NCBI GenBank assembly: GCA_051294905.1
Contig: CM119371.1
Location: 12,774,001-12,838,000, forward strand
Source of the DNA: Botryllus schlosseri
Lineage: Eukaryota
Reading direction: 5' to 3'
DNA: 64,000 bases
Shown: piece after piece, positions 1 to 10,217 of the stretch
Layout: the number at the start of each line of letters is the position of its first letter
Numbering within the stretch: the first letter of the stretch is position 1
Made by a program: the position numbers and the translations under genes
The notes under the pieces: model-generated
What the model was told of the DNA's origin: nothing
Seen by the model: only the letters and a program-made list of their open reading frames with translations
Databases searched by the model: none

Positions 1-3000
1 TAGATACGAAGAGTTTTGTATCACTCATTTATATGTCATGTTGTAATTGGTAGCATCAATATCTCGTAATTATCGGCTACAATGCCGCGAGTACATGCTA
101 AATGTAAGTCGGGATCTCAGAAAAGGAAGTTGGTTCAGATTCGGAAAGAAAGTGACGATGCAAATTTTGGACTGCTACACAAATATTTCAAGCCATCTAT
201 GTCAGCTCAGGAATGTTCTGAACAAATTGAGGATGGTGCTGCTTTTTCATCAATGATAATGCCAGATGAGGAACTCCCTGTTGTAGTCGAAGGAGAGAGC
301 TCAAGAGATCATTGTACCGGAGAATTATCAGTTACCACAGCGCAGCCAAAGTGTAGTGATTCCGTGGGAGGTCAGCCTGTTGGTATTGTGAGCAAAAACT
401 GTGAAATTACTGAAAATACTGTAGTTAATTCAGCAAACATCTCACAACAGCCAAGCTTTAGTAGTACAGGTACCGCTGAAGGACCAGTCAGAAATGCTTC
501 TTCTGGCAAACCAGGTGCTGTACTGATGGAATCTCAAGGCTGCTGTTCTACTCAGTCTCGGCCCAGATTTGAATCTGTATCAGATCACTCTTCTACTGCT
601 GTTCATTCTATTACCATTACCAAAGAGGTAGTAGGAAAATTGGATGATATTGGAGTATGGCCATCTAGACTAAGTACATCAGAGAAGAATGAAGTTGTTT
701 TGAGGGGGCCAGTTCAAGATGATTTGAGTTGTGTTGTGTTTCCTGTCACTAAAGACAGAAAGTTCTCTGTGACTCATTTTCAGAGGAAGCTGAAAAATCA
801 GAAACTACAGAAGCGTTCTTGGTTAGTATACTCGAAGTCGACCGATTCAGTGTATTGCTTCCACTGTAAATTATTCTCCTGTGGTAAAAGTAGCCTAGTC
901 CATGATGGTTGCAGCGACTGGAAAAATCTTGGTAAAATATTGAGCGAACATGAAGTTTCTAGAGATCATTTCAAAGCACTTCACTTGTTTTCGGAAAATA
1001 GTGCAGCTCTCAAAAATCCAACAGTTTTACAGAAGAATATCCAAAGTAAGCACAGTGAACTTGTTGAATACTGGAGGTCTATTCTTAAACGCTTGCTTGC
1101 AATCATCCAGTACTTAGCAAGAAATCACTGTGCGTTACGAGGTACTGCTGGACATGAACGGCTAGGGGATCCACATCAAGGTCAATTTCTCGGCCTTGTT
1201 GAACTTCTAGCCAAGTTTGATCCAGTTCTTGCAGAGCATACTCAGAAAGTAAAGAATCAACAGTTACCCGATAATTATTTAGGTAAAAATATTCAAAATG
1301 AGTTGATTTCCTTGGTGGGAAAAAATATTCTTGATCAAATAACTTCTGATGTTCGTAGATGCACATACTTCAGTGTCATTCTTGATTGTACTCCTGATTG
1401 CAGCCATGAAGAACAAATGACGCTTGTAGTTCGATATGTGGATACTGAAGGGGATATTTCTGTAAGAGAGCATTTCACTGGCTTTCTTAATGTTAAAGAA
1501 ACTACCTCGTTGGGTCTCACTAAGGCTTTGCTTGATCGACTGGAAGAGCTTGGTTTGGATATTGCGAATTGTAGAGGTCAGGGGTATGATAATGGTGCGA
1601 ACATGGCTGGCCGGAATGCTGGTGTACAAAAGAAAATTTTGGATTTGAATGAACATGCATTTTTCATGCCCTGTGGATCTCATTCCTTGAATCTGGTTCT
1701 CTGTGATGCTGCAAAATGTTGTACAAGATTCTATGTTTACTTCGGTTTTCTCCAAAAACTGTATTCGGCATTTTCATCCTCTACCAAACGATGGAACATT
1801 CTGCAAGAAAATTGCAGTAAAGTTGTGAAGTATCCCAGCGACACTCGTTGGGAGAGTAAAATTCGGTCTGTAGAAGTGGTGAGATTTCATTTGGATGGAG
1901 TGATTAAGTCACTTCTAATGGTTTTGCAGAGTTCCCAGGTTGTAGGTGATGGGAAAAGTGCTGCTGATATAACTGGGATTTTGAAAGAAGTTTGTTCTTA
2001 TGAATTCATTCTTAGCTCTGTTATCTGGTACAAGGTGCTATTTCAAGTTCATGTTGTCTCTCAGCATTTACAAAAGCAGTCCATCCAGGTAGACATCATG
2101 CAAAGTATGATTTCTGGTCTCCTTACTTGGATCAGACGTTTTCGTCTTGATGGCTTCCAGCAATCTCTGGATGAGGCAGATCAGTTAGTCAGAGGCATAG
2201 TGGTTGATGGAGTGGAGATACAAACTTCATTTCAGCACTCGAGGCAAAGAAGCCGAATTGGATTTTTTGATGAGGCCGTTGACAATGAGGAAATACTCTC
2301 AGCTCAGAAGAAATATGAAGTTGATGTATTCAATGTGATGGTGGACACTTTCATTCTATCCATGGAAGAAAGATTCAGTCAATTGGGTAAATTTTACTCA
2401 AACTTCAGTACATTACTAAATATCATGACACTCAAGCCTGATAAAATAAGTCGTGAAGTTTTAGCTGTGGCATGTGATAAGATCGAGCAGTTTCTTGGTG
2501 AGGACATTGATGCAGGTGTCTTGTTGGGAGAAATCGAGTCCTTTATTAGTATTCCTAATAAAGGTCCTGGTGTAACAGCTCTAGATGCGTTGCGGTATCT
2601 AGCCAAAGGCGGGATGCTTTCTGACTACCATTATCTGTCTGAAGCTCTGCGAATAGTTCTGACCATACCAGTGTCTGTGGCAAGTGGTGAACGCTCATTC
2701 TCGAAATTGAAATTAATTAAGACTTTTCTGCGATCTCGAATGAGCCAAGAGCGTCTAAATGGATTGGCACTGATGTGTATAGAAAGTGAAATAAATTATG
2801 GCCTTGATCACAACTTACTAATTGACGAGTTTGCGAAGCAAAAAGCTAGAAAATGCTGTTTCTTAATAAAGTAATAAGGTAAATCGGACCATTTGAAGAT
2901 TACTGCTGTTTCAACGTCTTGTTTGTAACCACACTTTTTCTGGTTATATTTCTATGCCTTGTTATACCACATTTTTTGCATGATTATATTGGTATTGAAT

Positions 3001-3597
3001 ACTTTGATAGTCTCTTTGCAAAGTTACGTAAAATCGTGTGCACCTAAGATTAATATTCCAATGTGTTTAGTTTATTTTTCTGAAGGGGATGTTCATTGTT
3101 ATTTAACGAAATTATCAACTTGAGTTATGTGTAATGCTTTGGCATGTTTGGTACATATTTGTGATGCACACATCAGTCTTCGTGTTATTTTTCAAATTTA
3201 ACACAATATGTCAACTTCTTGCACATCATGCAATCAGCGCCCCTGAAGACATTTGTCCATGTGAAACGTTGAAACAAACCCTAACTAGGTCTTTGAAGAT
3301 GCTATCAGTAGTTATGTGTTCCCTTGGTATTACTGGTGTTTTGACGCATTGTCACGCATTTCTTCTTTACGCCAATTCATGCAACAATATCTCCTTTCCA
3401 GATAATAAATAGATCATAGGCCTAATCCAGCATCTGGCTCGGCACTCACAAACCCCCTGCGAAATGGATACTTAGCAATCTGACGTTTATCGCGGGGGGT
3501 CTGGGGGGCGCAGCCCCCCAGAAGCTACAATTACTTGGATATGGGGGCCCCCCCGGAGGTTTCGCCTAGGGCCCCCCCAATCATAAAGCCACCACTG
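1..3597 (+). mobile_element. Autonomous-looking hAT DNA transposon; right end at 3597, left end outside the window
   Basis: Contains the transposase ORF. GC-rich subterminal region 3490-3580 ends ...aaagccaccactg (reverse complement CAGTGGTGGCTTT, a hAT-type TIR). The following tttatgat would be the TSD, but this cannot be verified because the left end is absent. Confidence 0.75.
82..2874 (+). CDS. hAT-superfamily transposase (ZMYM1-like: TTF-type Zn finger, DUF4371, hAT C-terminal dimerisation domain), intronless, apparently intact
   Basis: 930-aa uninterrupted ORF. Zn-finger region WLVYSKSTDSVYCFHCKLF..W..H. Catalytic D (ILDCTPD), D (GQGYDNGANM), CxxH (PCGSHSLNL), TRW, and E in ASGERSFSKLKLIKTFLRSRMSQERLNGLA. 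Confidence 0.95.
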   Translation: MPRVHAKCKSGSQKRKLVQIRKESDDANFGLLHKYFKPSMSAQECSEQIEDGAAFSSMIMPDEELPVVVEGESSRDHCTGELSVTTAQPKCSDSVGGQPVGIVSKNCEITENTVVNSANISQQPSFSSTGTAEGPVRNASSGKPGAVLMESQGCCSTQSRPRFESVSDHSSTAVHSITITKEVVGKLDDIGVWPSRLSTSEKNEVVLRGPVQDDLSCVVFPVTKDRKFSVTHFQRKLKNQKLQKRSWLVYSKSTDSVYCFHCKLFSCGKSSLVHDGCSDWKNLGKILSEHEVSRDHFKALHLFSENSAALKNPTVLQKNIQSKHSELVEYWRSILKRLLAIIQYLARNHCALRGTAGHERLGDPHQGQFLGLVELLAKFDPVLAEHTQKVKNQQLPDNYLGKNIQNELISLVGKNILDQITSDVRRCTYFSVILDCTPDCSHEEQMTLVVRYVDTEGDISVREHFTGFLNVKETTSLGLTKALLDRLEELGLDIANCRGQGYDNGANMAGRNAGVQKKILDLNEHAFFMPCGSHSLNLVLCDAAKCCTRFYVYFGFLQKLYSAFSSSTKRWNILQENCSKVVKYPSDTRWESKIRSVEVVRFHLDGVIKSLLMVLQSSQVVGDGKSAADITGILKEVCSYEFILSSVIWYKVLFQVHVVSQHLQKQSIQVDIMQSMISGLLTWIRRFRLDGFQQSLDEADQLVRGIVVDGVEIQTSFQHSRQRSRIGFFDEAVDNEEILSAQKKYEVDVFNVMVDTFILSMEERFSQLGKFYSNFSTLLNIMTLKPDKISREVLAVACDKIEQFLGEDIDAGVLLGEIESFISIPNKGPGVTALDALRYLAKGGMLSDYHYLSEALRIVLTIPVSVASGERSFSKLKLIKTFLRSRMSQERLNGLALMCIESEINYGLDHNLLIDEFAKQKARKCCFLIK

Positions 3598-4037
3598 TTT
3601 ATGATAGTGAAAAATATCGCCTCTCCCCGATATTGTCATATCACGAAATGCAACCAGAATGCTTGCAATTCCAATGGGTATTTTGATCGCATGGGAAGTT
3701 ATGACTGCTGATGAGACGATTCTCAAATATGAAAATTCGGATTATACACTACACAGAGCAATGACCATGAATTGGAGTTAAATCGCGATGAGAACATCTT
3801 GTGTAAGGGTACACTTGATCCTTCCTTTAAGTTTTTTTTTATAATAGTACAACCCTGCAAACACCACCTACAAAAATCAATATTGAAATTGATTCGTTAT
3901 CACTGGCGTGACAGTGATAGTATACTGCTAACGCCAGTTGTGAGTCCAGCCATACAGTCTGCCGTGTAAAAATATGTCAATATTAAATCTATCTTTATCT
4001 CCATTTGCATGTATTTGATAGTCTTTTCAGTACCTTC

Positions 4038-4120
4038 TTATCGGTAGAATATTAGTATGGTAGACGATATATCAGACGTTACCGCACTGTTTCCATCAGT
4101 TATGGTTGTTTCATCCCAAC
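4038..4120 (-). CDS. Second copy of the intelectin-like terminal exon (alternative last exon or duplication remnant)
   Basis: Acceptor ..ataattcag|GT then TGG: GWDETTITDGNSAVTSDISSTILIFYR*. Same phase as exon 10291-10218. Flanking intron and 3' sequence are also duplicated (3605-4160 ~ 9790-10330; 5460-5610 ~ 10455-10605). Confidence 0.6.
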
Positions 4121-4429
4121 CTGAATTATGAATGATAATATTAAATAGAAGGCAGTTTAAAAAAGCGTCAGAAAGCTTGTTAAATTTGAGCCCACTAATC
4201 ATCGGTGATGAGATAACTGTCATTTGATTCTTTCTGTAGCTTAAATGAGAAGGGTGTTAATGGACGTAAGCTGTCGGAAAAATAGTGTCTCAATGATAAT
4301 TTTTAGGATAAAAACTAGCTATTGCTTCATCAGTGCACTACACCACGCATGTTAGTACTACATGGAAGCTGATATACACTCATCCAAGCCCATATTCACC
4401 TCCTCAAGCGTGACAACATTACTCATAAG

Positions 4430-5326
4430 TAGAGCAATTTTTTTTACCTAAAAAACGGAAGATTTTGACCTAAAAAATCTAAATTTTGACCTTTTCTGAC
4501 CTAAAAAAACTGAAATTTGACCAAATTTTGACCTCACGTTTGCAAATTAGGTGTTTTCGCATATAATGTTTAAAATTGTACTACTTATCTTCATTTCTTG
4601 TTGGAACTGTCTGTCATTACAAAGTAGATTGGCCTGAAAAAACGTTTTTGGCTCAAAAACTGACAGATTTTTACATGAAAAACTAGTATTTTAACAAAAT
4701 CTGGCCCTATGAAGAATTCCAGTAGTTACATTACGTATTCTGGTGGAAATAATTAAAATTTGTTGTAGTACAACGAAAGATCCTTTTCTACATTCTCGGG
4801 TAGAAAGTGTCTGTCCTTACTACGTAGCTTGCCAAGAACGGAGAAAGAACGTTCAACAGCAGTATTTGTTGGCTGACAACACTCATGTTGTCTGCACACT
4901 GCTGGTGACAAACCGTGTTGCTTCATTCTGACAATGTTGTCTATATCACAATTTTCAGCTTGCGCTTCTTGATATAAAAACCATGCAATGTCCAAGCAGT
5001 CTTGCTTCAGCTAGGATATTGCGGTACGTTGACCATAAAACCATGTCACTATTTGTTTCATTTGACCATTTATGATTCACAATGAGCAGACGATGGTCCG
5101 TTTACAACGGTAGGCCTATAAAGTAGGCTACAAGCTGTAAAATATCAAATGATAAGTTCACCGACAGCGCAAAATCTACGATACAAACGAAATGCAGAGG
5201 TCAAAAAATGTTTGACTTTGTAAACAATTCGGACAAATTTTGTAAACAATTTTGACAAATTTTGACCTAACTCTACAATTTTGACGTAATTTTGACTTTT
5301 TTGACATGTCAAAAAAAATTGCCCTA
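4430..5326. mobile_element. Non-autonomous hAT derivative carrying a transposase C-terminal remnant (CGGBP1-related clade)
   Basis: TIRs tagagcaattttttt / aaaaaaattgcccta. Perfect TSD ctcataag. ttttgacc subterminal repeats. Minus-strand ORF 4753-4995 with PTNTAVERSFSVLGKL..KDRHF. A second copy lies at 52610-56435. Confidence 0.85.
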
Positions 5327-6632
5327 CTCATAAGCATACTACTTTTCCTGGCATATGTAGGAAGAGGCAATATCTTTAAATAACTAGAGCCAATTCGGCA
5401 AAAGTAATGCCATTTTCGGACCCAGCATTACCATGCCTTTGCCGTGTGTAATTATTAATAAAGAACCATATTTAATTATCCTTATATTAATTATTGAGGT
5501 GTGACCATGAAAACAGTCTTGAAGAAAGGCCGTAGATTGCGATGATGAAGTTATATACATTACGTGTCCTCAGCAAATATATACTGGCCTGTTTTCGTTA
5601 TACGAAATGATACGAGCATATGATATTCTTTCTCACCTGCACCATCGAGGTGCTTTGGCGACGGAGTTGCGATACGGCCGTGGGGTCATCTAGTCTGCGC
5701 CCCCGTTTTTCTCCTCCATGCTATCCGTGATTTCTTAGCGTCTAGCATAGGGGTGGGCAAACTTTTGAGCTAGCGGGCCGCATTCAACACCTGAATCCAT
5801 TCGCGGGCCGCACTATATAAAATTTGGATTATAGACCAAATCGCAATATTGGTATTTGATTATATAGTGAGGACAAGAGGATAATATATGTGCCAGACAT
5901 TGCTTTTGGTGATATCGTATACGCGTCAGAAACATAGTGGCGAGATTTCATAGGTTGGTCGACCTCAATAACCAATTTGTCAAAACTTTCGAGATGAAAA
6001 TCGGTTGTCCCCGATTCTTAAAACAGGATTGAAATTTAAATCTGTGAGCAGCGATTTGTTCATAGATTTACTAATTACACTTTTGGTTCAGTTCCAGGAC
6101 ATCCAATGCTGAGAGCATCATAACCATGTTATCTTCAAACACGCTTCTACTATGTGAAGATAAAATATGAATACCTCAATTCTACGCATACAGAAAACGA
6201 ATATACCTAAGACATGCGCTAATCGTTTTTATAAGCATATCACTGAAATTGGAAATTACGAATTACGAACATTTACGGTGATATATGAATGAAACCAAAT
6301 ATGTTCCCGACATCATTTTCGCACTGGTCCGCTAAACATTGAAAATAATGAACTGCAAGCCACTGGCTGCATGTTGTATGTAGAAACCCTTAGTACAGGC
6401 TGCACGGTAACATAGGTTATATTGGAACGTAGGCCTGTCTCGTTAATGTCCATTGTCGAAAATATTTGCACACCCGAACAGAGCAAGTAGTTTCAGGTCC
6501 ATCTTTCCCAGGTTGGCATATTTGAAATCATGCTGTGACGCATAAAATTTGTCAATAGTTTCAGATCAAAGAGCTTTTTGGAGGCACAGAACTTCAATAT
6601 ACAATTAAATAGTATATTCATATTGAAATGTG

Positions 6633-6664
6633 CCCGAATATTTTCGGGTGACACTCGTCAGGGG
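6633..6664 (-). ncRNA. Minimal type-I hammerhead ribozyme in a PLE pseudo-LTR
   Basis: Minus strand reads CCC-CUGACGA-GUGUCACCC-GAAA-AUAU-UC-GGG: full core, 3-bp stem I, palindromic stem III. Confidence 0.7.
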
Positions 6665-7096
6665 TAATCGTCAGCAACTAGTAGAGAATTGGAAAGAACA
6701 TTGTATATTAACAATCGTATCACAAAATATGACGTCATCAGCATGGAATGTAATCCCAACTAAGAGAGTGCTGAATGTACCATTTTAGGATGCTACACGA
6801 ACTTCTGTAGACAAAGCTTGGGCTGATGTATTTGGATTAAGGTCGACTCGAAGGCACACAAATGAAAGCGTGAAATGCTCCTTCCAATGACGCAAAATCT
6901 TTCGTCTCGATAATTTTTCGCACAAGCGGGATTATCCAACAAATGTTTGACAATGGCATAGTTTCTGGCTTTTGATCGCTCAGCATCAAGCTTGAGCGGA
7001 TGAGTCATGGACGAGCTTTTCACCGAGCGTGATGCAAGTTTTCTGCGATTGTTGATATATAATGTTCTTTCCAATTACCTACTGGTTGCTGACAAT

Positions 7097-7132
7097 TACC
7101 ACTGACGAGTGTCACCCGAAAATATTCGGGTA
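7097..7132 (+). ncRNA. Minimal hammerhead ribozyme, inverted pLTR copy
   Basis: UACCA-CUGACGA-GUGUCACCC-GAAA-AUAU-UC-GGGUA; one mismatch in stem I next to the core. Confidence 0.6.
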
Positions 7133-7804
7133 TATTCCAATATGAATATACTGTTCAATTGCATATTGAAGTTCTGTACCTCCAAGAAGCTCTTTAATCT
7201 GAGTGTCAGCTGAAAATATGAACATACAATTCAATTGTACTTTTAGATAAGAATTTCACTTTCACGGTAGAAACTCTCTACGGGTCGGATAAGGCCCGCG
7301 AGACGTCTAGTTTTTAAATCCCGCTTGACTAATAAGTGGTAGAAGTTAGAAAACCGATTCAAGTACTGCCAGAAAGTAGGAGTAATAATTTACTGACCAC
7401 CTCACATATAAACAAATACTAATATCTTCAGAAAGTTTAGCAAGCAGCATGTTGTCCCCGAAGACAAGCGAAATGAAATTTTCGAAATGAATGCAACATA
7501 CACGATGTCAAAAGATGACACAGCTATGAACATGGAAAACGGAACGTACTGATTTGCTGATGACAACATAAATCAGGTGCATCTGTGCGCAGCAGACGAT
7601 ACGTACTCCATGGCTGACCATGCCGAGGGAAGTACGTTCACCAAAGTTATGACGGAAAACATCCTTCGCGAGACTCAATGAAAGCGCTCCTCTTCATCTT
7701 CAGTTTTTCGTCGTTGTTACTTTTTCGTTGAAGCTCCCAAGTTTTCTCAACTATCCAGACAGTAGTGTTCTCCGTCTGTTTTGGTCATTTTCTATACTGA
7801 CTAT

Positions 7805-9646
7805 CAATGTTCCCTTTAAGCTGCGCGCGTGCGCGGCCGCGCACTGCTGACGAAGTCTCCGCGCACAGAAAAACGTATCCCGCGCACAAGAAAGCCGAAG
7901 TGATGACCTTTTTTTCTGTCGTTACGCACTGTTTTCCGAGGGACCGCGCCAGTGAGTTGTTGAGTGTGCGCAGACTCGTGAAAAATTAGAGGGGATATTG
8001 AGGGGCAGTATTTGATATTGAAAGCGTGTTGCCTTTGGGGATTATTTAACGCAATTTTTCAGGGAAATAGCCACAAAATGACGACTTTCCGGATTAAACG
8101 AACGTTTGCCTTGTCGGAGCACTACGATGCACATGGTAGTAGTGGATGGGAGATGATGAACTGATCTAAAGTCTTATTCACGTCTCCAAACCCAAGATAC
8201 CCTATACCAGGCCTGAGCAAAGTGCGACCCGCGGGCCAAATTCGGCCAGCGGAGCTATTTTGTACGGCCCGCGAAAGGTTGCTTGAAATTGAAAATATAA
8301 AACCTACTTTTTAATGTTGCTGTGTATGGACTAAAACCATAGGATGTATAAATTGAAGCTGAAATTCGTTTACTATCAAGCCCATTCGTTAACATGCCGC
8401 GATTACGCAGCCTATACGTACCTCACATGCCTAATCCAGATTCGAAGTAAAGTCAAAGTAGCAAATTATACCGTTACAATTAAAGTCACAAGAAGTAACC
8501 AAACCTTCTTTCAGGGATATCTAGACTGAGCGGCCCGCGAGAGTCTGAAGAAACTTACTAAAATATTGATAAAATGTGTACTAAAAATCGAATTAATGCG
8601 GGGACTTGATTAAACTTATTCTTAGTAGGCTATATTTCACCATGATAATTCTAAGGCAGTGGGTCTCAACCTGGGGGACCCGTGCCCCTTGAGGTCATGA
8701 AAGCATCTGAAGGGGATCGCGACGCTGAGCTCAACTGAAAAATTTTCTCGCGCTCCGCGCGATTTACTTCCAATTCATAATTATAGCTCTGTATTTTAGT
8801 ATGAATTTCATATTTAAAAATCTCTCATCAATAGTCGTAACCTCCCATGCCACCAAACTATCCGTTAGGTTGGCTATAGCATGCTGGTTGCGTTTTGTGA
8901 TATGACGATAAGGGGGCGCGAAATCTACACATATATAGTAGAAGCGTGTTTAAAGCTAACATGGTTATGATCCCACCCCTAAAACCTCAGATAGTCGAGT
9001 TTCTAGGTCCAGAGGACTTCACCGTTACCAGGCAACAGCTTCAAAGTAAAAAATCTGATATGTGCGCTGATCATTGTATTTCATATTTAATTAAAAGATC
9101 TCAAGGTTTTTCAACTGAACAGTATCTAAATTATTTTGGTGATAAAAAATGTGAGAATGATAAAATTGTTCGTGTTTTTGTAAAGAGCTTGATTACAGGT
9201 GCCTCATAAACACATTAAATGTATACATCTGTGATTCGTGATATAGGCTACTTAACACAGTGAGTCAGATTTGCGCTGAGCGGTTGTATTTGGTTCGTAT
9301 TGTGTACGCTCACGGACCACTTCTAGACCAACCTGTTCCACGGGAAACAATTCGCGATATAACCACTATAGTGATTCAGTGGACAGGATACCATAGTCAT
9401 TTGTCCCCGCGGAATATGTAGGTCACTACACATTAAAAACACCTGTTTTCAAAACCGATCGTGGAAAATCAACAATATGCACGATATACAGTGTAATTAG
9501 TTCCACGAAATACACAATGCACGTCCATGAAGCATGAAGTTCGGTTTATCACCCTATGGGGGGCCTGGTTGCGCACTGTTGTCCAAGGGCCTGCGCAGTG
9601 AGTTGGCGTATTTGCGCAGACTCGTGAAAAATTAGAGGGAACATTG
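7805..9646 (-). mobile_element. Composite non-autonomous hAT (2.2-kb family), copy with a 377-bp internal deletion
   Basis: TIR caatgttccct / agggaacattg. Perfect TSD ctgactat. Otherwise the reverse complement of 17576-19794. Confidence 0.95.
8968..9209 (+). pseudogene. Captured C-terminal fragment of a Polinton/Maverick (adenain-like) cysteine protease; also at 18390-18631 and 36592-36833 on the minus strand
   Basis: IPPLKPQIVEFLG..QQLQSKKSDMCADHCISYLIKRSQGFS..YLNYF..ENDKIVRVFV fits the remembered Polinton protease pattern PP..I..FL..QLQS..S..CG.YC..FL..RS.G.S..F..ND..V..FV. Confidence 0.65.
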
Positions 9647-10217
9647 CTGACTATACCAAACCATACAATATTATGTAGGCCTTTGTAGGCATTTCTGGCC
9701 CTGCGAACGGATTTTGAGAAGTTGTCACGCAGACATGTAATGTAATGTATTCAGTGAAGCCAATAAATTTCCAATTTATTACTTTCGAGTGAAAATATCG
9801 GCCAAGGACCAAGGCGATGGAAAAATTTCGCGACCCCCGTACCCATATCGTCATATCACAAAATGCAACCAGAATGCTAGCAATCCGAACGGGTAATTCG
9901 ATCACAAATATGAAATTCGGACCATACACAGATCATTAACCATGAATTGGAGTTATATCGCGTTGAGAACCACTGCATGGTGTAAGAGTATATATACTTA
10001 ATCCTGTATGAAATTGTCAATAATCGTACGACCTTGTAAACACCACCTACAAAAATCAATATTGAAAGGTATTCGTTGTCATTGGTTTGACAGTGATAGT
10101 ATACTGCTAACGCCAGTTGCCAATCCAGCCATACAATATGTGGTGTATAAATATCTCAATATTGAATGCATATTCATCTTCATTTGCAGGAATTTGATAG
10201 TCTTTTTCAGTCCGGTC

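Larger units (their letters stand above)
6560..7245 (-). mobile_element. Penelope-like retroelement remnant: GIY-YIG endonuclease C-terminus flanked by inverted pseudo-LTRs
   Basis: ORF 6793-7074 (AIVKHLLDNPACAKNY..FCVIG..FHLCAFESTLI..QPKLCLQK) resembles the end of PLE endonucleases. 6560-6685 and 7078-7202 are inverted copies of each other. Further pLTR pieces near 27550-27590 and 34270-34390. Ends approximate. Confidence 0.75.

Noticed and set aside
1103..2606. Antisense ORFs within the transposase
   Set aside because: Shadow ORFs of the long coding frame.
5636..5700. Donor-like gtgaga at the position of a penultimate exon for the 4038 copy
   Set aside because: No CIGG/CGDF similarity and an in-frame stop; homology to the 10.6-kb region ends near 5610.
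7807..8529. Short ORFs repeated identically three times (MFPLSCARAR.., MYKLKLKFVY..)
   Set aside because: Identity reflects the recent copies of the 2.2-kb element; no protein-like features.
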